Assembly: GCA_963933835.1 (NCBI GenBank)
Contig: CAWVVV010000001.1
Location: 256,001 to 320,000, forward strand
Reading direction: 5' to 3'
Length of the DNA: 64,000 nt
Source of the DNA: an uncultured Puniceicoccaceae bacterium
Lineage (GTDB): Bacteria; Verrucomicrobiota; Verrucomicrobiia; Opitutales; Oceanipulchritudinaceae
Positions 57,866 through 64,000 of the stretch are shown here, piece after piece. Under the pieces are notes generated by a model that did not search any database, was not told the DNA's origin, and saw only the letters and a list, made by a program, of their open reading frames with translations. The translations under genes were made by a program, and so were the position numbers. Positions within the stretch are counted from its first letter, which is position 1. Every line of letters begins with the position of its first letter.

Positions 57866-58291
57866 TTACTCCGTGACTTCGATCCCCATCGAACGCGCGG
57901 TCCCCTCGATAACGAGCATCGCAGCATCATCGGTTTGGGCGTTGAGGTCGGCCATCTTGGTCTTCGCGATCTCGAGGACCTGCGAACATGACACTTTGCC
58001 GACCTTATCCTTATTCGGGACCCCAGAGCCTTTGGCAATCCCTGCAGCCTTCTTCAGAAGGTAGGAAGCCGGTGGCGACTTTGTGATGAAAGAGAAGGAG
58101 CGATCTGCGTAAACCGTGATCACGGTCGGCAGGATCATTCCGGCTTTTTCTTTTGTCCGCGCATTAAAGTCCTTACAAAAGGCCATAATGTTGACCCCAG
58201 CAGCACCGAGTGCGGGACCGACGGGTGGGGATGGGTTTGCTGCACCTGCTGGGAGCTGCAGTTTGATTGTTCCTGTGATTTTCTTGGCCAT
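57866..58291 (-). CDS. rplK: 50S ribosomal protein L11
   Basis: [28 protein letters not shown]. Confidence 0.98.
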   Translation of the reverse strand: MAKKITGTIKLQLPAGAANPSPPVGPALGAAGVNIMAFCKDFNARTKEKAGMILPTVITVYADRSFSFITKSPPASYLLKKAAGIAKGSGVPNKDKVGKVSCSQVLEIAKTKMADLNAQTDDAAMLVIEGTARSMGIEVTE

Positions 58292-58312
58292 CGAATAAAA
58301 GAGATAAAGGGA

Positions 58313-58924
58313 TTAGTTTTCTTCGGAATCACGCTCAACTTGCCAATACTCGAGGAGAACTGGAGTGAAGCGGCCGAAAATAGAGACAGAGATTTTGAGT
58401 TTGCCTGCTTCCGGATCGATCTCGTCGATGCGTCCGGTGAGGTTGAGGAAAGGTCCGTCGGTGATTTTGACGTCTTCGCCCACTTCGTATTGCACCTTCG
58501 GCACTTCCTTGCCTTCATTTTCTGCAACCTGAGTGAGGATACGGTCAATTTCTGAGGACTTGAGCGCGCTAGGTGATTTACCGCCGGCAAATCCAATCAC
58601 GCCGTCGGCACCATTGATGTAATACCAAACCTTCTGGACGATATTATCGTCTTCGTCGTAGAGCCGGCAATTCACGAAGATATAACCAGGATAAAGCTTA
58701 CGCTTCCGGTTAGATTTCTTGCCCTGCTTGACCTCTGAAATCGTTTCCATCGGAACGAGCACCTCGAAGACGAAGTCCTCGAGTTCGTTGTCAGGGATGT
58801 AACGGTCGATGTAGCGCTTTGCGGCAGGCTCTTTATTGGAGAGGGCCTGCACAACAAACCAAGAGCCCCTTGCTTCTGGAGAAGAGGGGGTCGACTGATC
58901 GAGTGCGTTGTCGGAGGATTCCAT
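58313..58924 (-). CDS. nusG: Transcription termination/antitermination factor NusG
   Basis: KLYPGYIFV, KITDGPF, VSIFGRFTPV; secE-nusG-rplK synteny. Confidence 0.96.
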   Translation of the reverse strand: MESSDNALDQSTPSSPEARGSWFVVQALSNKEPAAKRYIDRYIPDNELEDFVFEVLVPMETISEVKQGKKSNRKRKLYPGYIFVNCRLYDEDDNIVQKVWYYINGADGVIGFAGGKSPSALKSSEIDRILTQVAENEGKEVPKVQYEVGEDVKITDGPFLNLTGRIDEIDPEAGKLKISVSIFGRFTPVLLEYWQVERDSEEN

Positions 58925-58950
58925 GGGTGGGACTGTAAAGAAGTGTGACT

Positions 58951-59151
58951 CTAGCGGACCACTTTAGTGATGAGCTCGATCCAGTTGTAAACTGCGAAAT
59001 CAGCGAGAGCGATATAACCACCAAGAAGTAACGAAGCGATCAGGATCACAACAGTGCTGTCGCGAAGCTCTTTCGCCGTCGGCCACACAGACTTACGGAG
59101 CTCTTGTGCTGTCTCGGAGAAAAATTGGCGGGTGCGGCGAATCGAATTCAT
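58951..59151 (-). CDS. secE: Preprotein translocase subunit SecE
   Basis: ELRKSVWPT motif + single TM; between tRNA-Trp and nusG. Confidence 0.93.
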   Translation of the reverse strand: MNSIRRTRQFFSETAQELRKSVWPTAKELRDSTVVILIASLLLGGYIALADFAVYNWIELITKVVR

Positions 59152-59183
59152 GGGAAGGCTAACTATACGGGTTTCAGCGAGAT

Positions 59184-59259
59184 TGGCAGGGCAGGAGGGA
59201 CTCGAACCCCCAACCAATGGTTTTGGAAACCACTACTCTACCAATTGAGCCACTGCCCT
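59184..59259 (-). tRNA. tRNA-Trp (CCA)
   Basis: 76-nt cloverleaf AGGGCAGTGGCTCAATTGGTAGAG...TTCCAAA...GGTTCGAGTCC...GCCA. Confidence 0.96.
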
Positions 59260-59344
59260 AGACAATAATAACTGTGAAAAACAGGGAAGCCGGGAACCCT
59301 GAAATGGATCCCCGGCTCACCCGGAAAGGTGGTAGAATGAAGAA

Positions 59345-60535
59345 CTACTTCGTGATCTCTGTGATACGACCAGCACCAATGGTGCGGCCACCTTCACGGA
59401 TCGCGAAACGTTGACCAGGCTCCATCGCGATCGGCTTACCGAGCTCGATCGAAACTGAGAGGTTATCACCAGGCATAACCATTTCAACACCCTCTGGGAG
59501 GTTGAGGATACCCGTTACGTCCGTTGTGCGGAAGTAGAACTGCGGGCGATAGCCGGTGAAGAATGGTGTGTGACGACCACCTTCTTCTTTATTCAAAACG
59601 TAGATTTCTGCGTTACCAGCAGTGTGGGGAGTGATCGAACCAGGCTTGGCGAGAACGTGACCGCGCTCGACATCTTCCTTGGCAACACCACGGAGGAGGA
59701 GACCAACGTTGTCGCCAGCTTGTCCTTGTGGGAGAAGCTTACGGAACATTTCAACCCCTGTTACGATCGTCTTTTGCGTGTCAGTCAGACCAACGATTTC
59801 AGCTTCGTCACCGACCTTGATAATACCACGCTCGATACGACCTGTAGCAACTGTTCCACGACCAGTGATCGAGAAAACGTCTTCTACAGACATAAGGAAT
59901 GGCTTATCAGTTTCGCGGACTGGCTCCTCGATTTCTTCGTCGATCGCGTCCATCAGTTCGCTGATCGAGTCGACCCATTGCTGCTCGCCTTGGAGAGCTG
60001 GGAATGCGGCACCCTTTACAACGCGAGCATTGTCGCCGTCGTATTGGTACTTGGAGAGGAGGTCACGAACTTCGATCTCAACGAGTTCGAGGAGTTCTTC
60101 ATCGTCGAGGAGGTCACACTTGTTAAGGAAGATGACAATCTTCGGCACACCAACCTGGCGGGCGAGAAGGATGTGCTCGCGAGTCTGCGGCATAGGGCCG
60201 TCAGCTGCGCTCACTACGAGAATAGCGCCGTCCATCTGGGCAGCTCCCGTAATCATGTTCTTAACGAAGTCAGCGTGGCCTGGGCAGTCAACGTGGGCGT
60301 AGTGCCTGTTGGCTGTCTCGTATTCAACGTGCGCTACAGCGATTGTTACAGTTTTGGTCTCATCACGGACTGTGCCGCCTTTAGCGACATCGGCATAGGA
60401 CTTGAACTCTGCGAGACCCTTGTCGGCTTGAACCTTAAGGATAGCAGTCGTTGTTGTCGTTTTACCGTGGTCAATGTGGCCAATCGTTCCGACATTTACG
60501 TGCGGCTTGGTGCGTTCGAAGGTTGCTTTGGACAT
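59345..60535 (-). CDS. tuf: Elongation factor Tu
   Basis: [42 protein letters not shown]. Confidence 0.98.
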   Translation of the reverse strand: MSKATFERTKPHVNVGTIGHIDHGKTTTTTAILKVQADKGLAEFKSYADVAKGGTVRDETKTVTIAVAHVEYETANRHYAHVDCPGHADFVKNMITGAAQMDGAILVVSAADGPMPQTREHILLARQVGVPKIVIFLNKCDLLDDEELLELVEIEVRDLLSKYQYDGDNARVVKGAAFPALQGEQQWVDSISELMDAIDEEIEEPVRETDKPFLMSVEDVFSITGRGTVATGRIERGIIKVGDEAEIVGLTDTQKTIVTGVEMFRKLLPQGQAGDNVGLLLRGVAKEDVERGHVLAKPGSITPHTAGNAEIYVLNKEEGGRHTPFFTGYRPQFYFRTTDVTGILNLPEGVEMVMPGDNLSVSIELGKPIAMEPGQRFAIREGGRTIGAGRITEITK

Positions 60536-60578
60536 GGATCTGTTTTCGGTTTTTCTATGAAAGATGTGAACACTAAAA

Positions 60579-60654
<76 letters not shown>

Positions 60655-60692
60655 ACTACAACAGCGCTCCAGAAATTGAAGCAAAGCCGCGA

Positions 60693-60721
60693 ACCTTGCT
60701 TTCGGCTAAAACTCAGGTCAA
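60693..60721 (-). promoter_or_regulatory. Putative promoter of the tRNA-Thr/tuf operon
   Basis: TTGACC-17 nt-CAAGGT followed by a GC-rich discriminator-like TCGCGGC. Confidence 0.45.
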
Positions 60722-60749
60722 GCACTTTCACTTAAGTTTTCCGCCTTTT

Positions 60750-61496
60750 TTACTCAGCCACATAAACACGGTAGTAGCCGTAAGGGAGACCCTCTAGGAC
60801 AGGGCTGCCAGAAAGCGCTTCGGTTAAGAGGTCATCCCACTCGACCGATCCGCTGGAACTCAGCTTTAAAGGCATTTCCGCGCCAAAGGCCGGGTCGAGG
60901 ATCATGACGTACTCGAGAGGATTCCAAAGCGTTGGCGGAGCCTGACTCACGTCGACCGTTAGTATCTCGGTGATTTCGAGCTGTGCGCCTTCCTCGCTGA
61001 GAGAATGAATCCGCACATGGACGCCCGAGGCTTGAAGGCTGCTAACCTCATCCGGGCCACCATCCAAAAAGAGCCGAAAGAGCTTCGTTTTCTCCGAAAT
61101 CAAAGGGAGATCCCCCACACTGCCCGCTGTAATTGTCGGCGCGCTCATCGTTAACGCCCCAATCCGGAATGAAAATGGCGGAAATAACTCTGTCGCATCC
61201 CGCAAGCGCGCTATTTCAGTCACATCGCTGGCAGAGTTCCATTCAGTGGGCAAAAAGAGGGGCTCTGCATCGAAGAGCAGAGCCGAGTCAGCCCAGCCTT
61301 CATCGAGCGCCTCCTGCCTGCTTTCGACCCAAGCGACATCAAATGTCGACGACGGCTCACGTGGCCCCGCGCCAATACTGATCGAAACGAAGGCGAAAAG
61401 CAGCCAGTGCACCGCTAGTCCTGCGCCCAAAACCACAATCACCAGAAATAGCCGACTCCGAAGGCCCCATGAACGCTGTGCGTGGCCTTGGCTCAT
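60750..61496 (-). CDS. Membrane-anchored hypothetical protein (TonB/TolA position in the operon)
   Basis: Single N-terminal TM; overlaps the ExbD-like gene by 4 nt. Confidence 0.65.
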   Translation of the reverse strand: MSQGHAQRSWGLRSRLFLVIVVLGAGLAVHWLLFAFVSISIGAGPREPSSTFDVAWVESRQEALDEGWADSALLFDAEPLFLPTEWNSASDVTEIARLRDATELFPPFSFRIGALTMSAPTITAGSVGDLPLISEKTKLFRLFLDGGPDEVSSLQASGVHVRIHSLSEEGAQLEITEILTVDVSQAPPTLWNPLEYVMILDPAFGAEMPLKLSSSGSVEWDDLLTEALSGSPVLEGLPYGYYRVYVAE

Positions 61497-61966
61497 TGAA
61501 ACACGTCGCGAGATCGCGCATCCGACGGGCTCTCGGCGGCGATTTGAACGGTTACGAATCCAGCTGAACGGGCGGACTCAAAGATGGAGAACAACTCGTC
61601 CGTGGGAGTGCTGCGGTCCACTTTCAAAAGCAAGCCCTGGTCATTCGGATTCTCAGCTAAATACGCTGCCAAGGTTTCGCTGAGACGCTCAGGAGTGATT
61701 TTTCGGCCATCAAAAAACAAAAGATCATCGCGGCGAACAGTTAAGACTGCCCGGCTAACCGACGTTTGCAAAGAACTCGACTCTAGGATTGCCAGATTAA
61801 CTTCGACCCCTGGGGCAGATACGAAGCGTGAATAATTCAGGAAGAGCATCGCAAGGATGATCAATAAATCCACGAGGGCAAAGAGCCCCCACCCTAGCCG
61901 CGGCACAGTCCTGATGTAGCTTTTTAAGCTGAGAGGCTCAGTGATTGATCGAGGCGTCGCTCTCAT
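61493..61966 (-). CDS. ExbD/TolR family protein
   Basis: LVDLLIILAMLF, PGVEVNL, LLLKVDRS, ARSAGF. Confidence 0.85.
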   Translation of the reverse strand: MRATPRSITEPLSLKSYIRTVPRLGWGLFALVDLLIILAMLFLNYSRFVSAPGVEVNLAILESSSLQTSVSRAVLTVRRDDLLFFDGRKITPERLSETLAAYLAENPNDQGLLLKVDRSTPTDELFSIFESARSAGFVTVQIAAESPSDARSRDVFQ

Positions 61967-61968
61967 CT

Positions 61969-62628
61969 CTAGTCCTCATCGTCTTTGCCTGCCTCGACGG
62001 AAGGAAGGTCGAAGAGCAGAAATTCAATAATGTGATGACCCGCATACTCCATATCATGCACGATTGAGCGAACCCTCGAGACGAGGAAGGCATACCCCAA
62101 GTGCGCCATGACCGCAAAAGCGAGACCGATGATCGTCGTCAGCATCGCCTCAGTAAGCCCATCGAGGAAGTCTCCAAATCTGGGGAAAGCGACCGCTTCA
62201 GCGCTGCCGATTCCGAAAAACGCATCTGAAATCCCTAAAAGAGTCCCAATGATACCAAGGATGGGCGCGATGCGTCCTAAGGCGGCGATCACCGCAATTC
62301 GGCGCTCCAAAGTCGGGATTTCAACCAATGCAGCCGCCTGAGCAGCCATACGAATGCGCTCCTCGCCTTCATTGTAGTGCAGCAAGATTGATTTAACAAC
62401 ACTGGCCACCGGACCCGGCGTGGATTCACAAACCGTCACCGCTTCGACGAGCCGGCGGTTACGGAGATTCGTCTTAATACCGGCAAGGAACTCCTCTTTC
62501 TTAAGCTGCCCAGCATGAAGAAAGAGCAGGCGCTCAAAAAAGATGACGAGGCCAAAAAGGTTGAGTGCGAGCAGCACCCACATGATAGGTCCGCCCCGAT
62601 CAAGGAGTGACAAGGGATTCCAATCCAT
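61969..62628 (-). CDS. MotA/TolQ/ExbB proton channel protein
   Basis: GGPIMW, IAPILGIIGTLLG, EAMLTTIIGL. Confidence 0.9.
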   Translation of the reverse strand: MDWNPLSLLDRGGPIMWVLLALNLFGLVIFFERLLFLHAGQLKKEEFLAGIKTNLRNRRLVEAVTVCESTPGPVASVVKSILLHYNEGEERIRMAAQAAALVEIPTLERRIAVIAALGRIAPILGIIGTLLGISDAFFGIGSAEAVAFPRFGDFLDGLTEAMLTTIIGLAFAVMAHLGYAFLVSRVRSIVHDMEYAGHHIIEFLLFDLPSVEAGKDDED

Positions 62629-62668
62629 TGCGACGAAGATCGTGAATTAACTCTACAGGTGGCAACCC

Positions 62669-64000
62669 TTAACGAGGAGTTGCAGCGGCGCTGCTCGGAT
62701 TCAAAAGTTCGAGCCGAGCCTTTGCCAGCGCCTTGCCTGGCAATGCCCTCTCGTCCATGAGGCGATAGATGCCGCGAGCCCTTTCCAGGCCATCAATCCC
62801 CCCTTGTTCCTCGTAGAGTCCTCCAAGTTCGAGCAGACTCCGCGAAAGCCAGTAGCGGCCGTTCGGCCCAAGCTGTGGCCGATCAGATCGATCAAAAAAA
62901 CGGTCTTTAACCAGAAAAAGGGCCGCCATCGTCTCTACCCATAGCCCACGCTGACGTAGCGCAGTTGCCCACTTATAGCCTGCCTCCACCGCCGCATCGC
63001 GGGGTGTGCGACTATCCTCAAACAAGCGATCGTAGACGACCGTCGCAGCGACCAGTGAAACCTCTTGGACACCGCCACGCGCAAGCAGGCAATCACCACG
63101 GCTCATCTCCGCGCGGTAGCGCTCAGGGTGATCAGGATAGTCCGCTAAATGGCGATCATACAGATCCAGTGCGGTCGAAAAATCATTCAGTTTTCTGGAA
63201 AGATCGGCCTGTTTCAGGCGCGCGTAGAAAACGAGGGCATGCTCTGGATAGTCGCGTATCAAGCGCTCTAGAATCGTCATTGCTTCACGATACGCGCTGT
63301 CGACACCGCGCTGCTCTGCAAGGAGGGCTGCCTCCCAAAGGGAAATCCCCGCATACCGACTTTCAGGAAAGCGCTCCACAAGCAACATCAGGCTCTTCTG
63401 AGTGTCCAAAACACTGTTACCTTCGGATCCCAATCGGGACTCAAGGAGGTAGGACAACATCGCTGGCCCAGAGTCTTGGTATTGTGCCCGCAAGAGATCT
63501 AAAAGCGCCCGCCCATCAGTCCGCATTCCCAGTCGGAGAAGAGCTTCAATTTTTAATAACATAACGTGACTGGCAATTGCATCACGTTGAGAAGCCTCGA
63601 TCGAATCGAGATCATCGAGCCAATCTGTAATCGCATCGCATAAGGCAGGAACCTCGGCGATACGGTCAACATCGAGCGCCAACCTCGCTTCCATCCAGCG
63701 AAGTCTCGCTTGCAATTCCACCGACAGATCAGAGGCAGCTCCGCCCTGTATCAGTTTTTGGATACGCTGAAAGGCTTCCTGTGTCTCGCCCGACTCACGC
63801 AGGCGATCAAGAAGGTTGTATTCAGCCTCCCATCTCCGAGCAGAATCTCGAATCACCGTCGTATCCAACGCCGCAATCGCTTTATCCAGCTGATTGAGTC
63901 GGATCTCTGCGAGGACTTGCTGAAAGAGCCAGCGCTCTGAATCATCGCCCAAGTCGTCGCCCGCCTGAAGAGCACTAGCATAGGCCTCAGCCGCATTGGC
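62669..64000 (-). CDS. Tetratricopeptide-repeat protein (5' end beyond window)
   Basis: Frame open to the window end; repeated helical TPR units with YPEH/YPDH/FPES turns. Confidence 0.8.
   Translation of the reverse strand, partial: ANAAEAYASALQAGDDLGDDSERWLFQQVLAEIRLNQLDKAIAALDTTVIRDSARRWEAEYNLLDRLRESGETQEAFQRIQKLIQGGAASDLSVELQARLRWMEARLALDVDRIAEVPALCDAITDWLDDLDSIEASQRDAIASHVMLLKIEALLRLGMRTDGRALLDLLRAQYQDSGPAMLSYLLESRLGSEGNSVLDTQKSLMLLVERFPESRYAGISLWEAALLAEQRGVDSAYREAMTILERLIRDYPEHALVFYARLKQADLSRKLNDFSTALDLYDRHLADYPDHPERYRAEMSRGDCLLARGGVQEVSLVAATVVYDRLFEDSRTPRDAAVEAGYKWATALRQRGLWVETMAALFLVKDRFFDRSDRPQLGPNGRYWLSRSLLELGGLYEEQGGIDGLERARGIYRLMDERALPGKALAKARLELLNPSSAAATPR

Noticed and set aside
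59260..59345. Possible rpmG between tuf and tRNA-Trp
   Set aside because: Only about 85 nt, containing a hairpin and no L33-like ORF

Overview
Chromosomal window from a Verrucomicrobiota bacterium, probably Opitutales/Puniceicoccaceae-like. This is inferred from a PEP-CTERM protein, a PVC-type EF-Tu switch I, LpxI and the GxxExxY gene. Most of the window is housekeeping: ppk, thrH, tatC, ppdK, rlmN, metF, cysJ, lgt, gcvT, dapF, leuC, dtd, phrB, cysK, infA, leuS, lpxI, hflX and the tRNA-Thr/tuf/tRNA-Trp/secE/nusG/rplKAJL/rpoBC cluster. Accessory elements read directly from the DNA: (i) a GxxExxY (PD-(D/E)XK-like) gene enclosed in 19-bp inverted repeats between leuS and lpxI, the best candidate here for an undescribed element; (ii) two GGAG-tagged REP doublets (REPIN-like) bracketing dtd plus a higBA toxin-antitoxin pair; (iii) an apparently circularly permuted SpoIVB/S55 peptidase paired with a secreted beta-propeller protein; (iv) an oleC-oleD pair without oleA/oleB; (v) a candidate three-way-junction RNA between rplJ and rplL; (vi) five broken loci (adenylate cyclase, response regulator/beta-propeller chimera, TonB receptor remnant, frameshifted membrane protein, SLC13 permease/histidine kinase deletion scar), suggesting ongoing loss of signalling and transport genes. 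No CRISPR array, rRNA, prophage or transposase was seen. All family calls come from motif recognition by eye; no searches were run.
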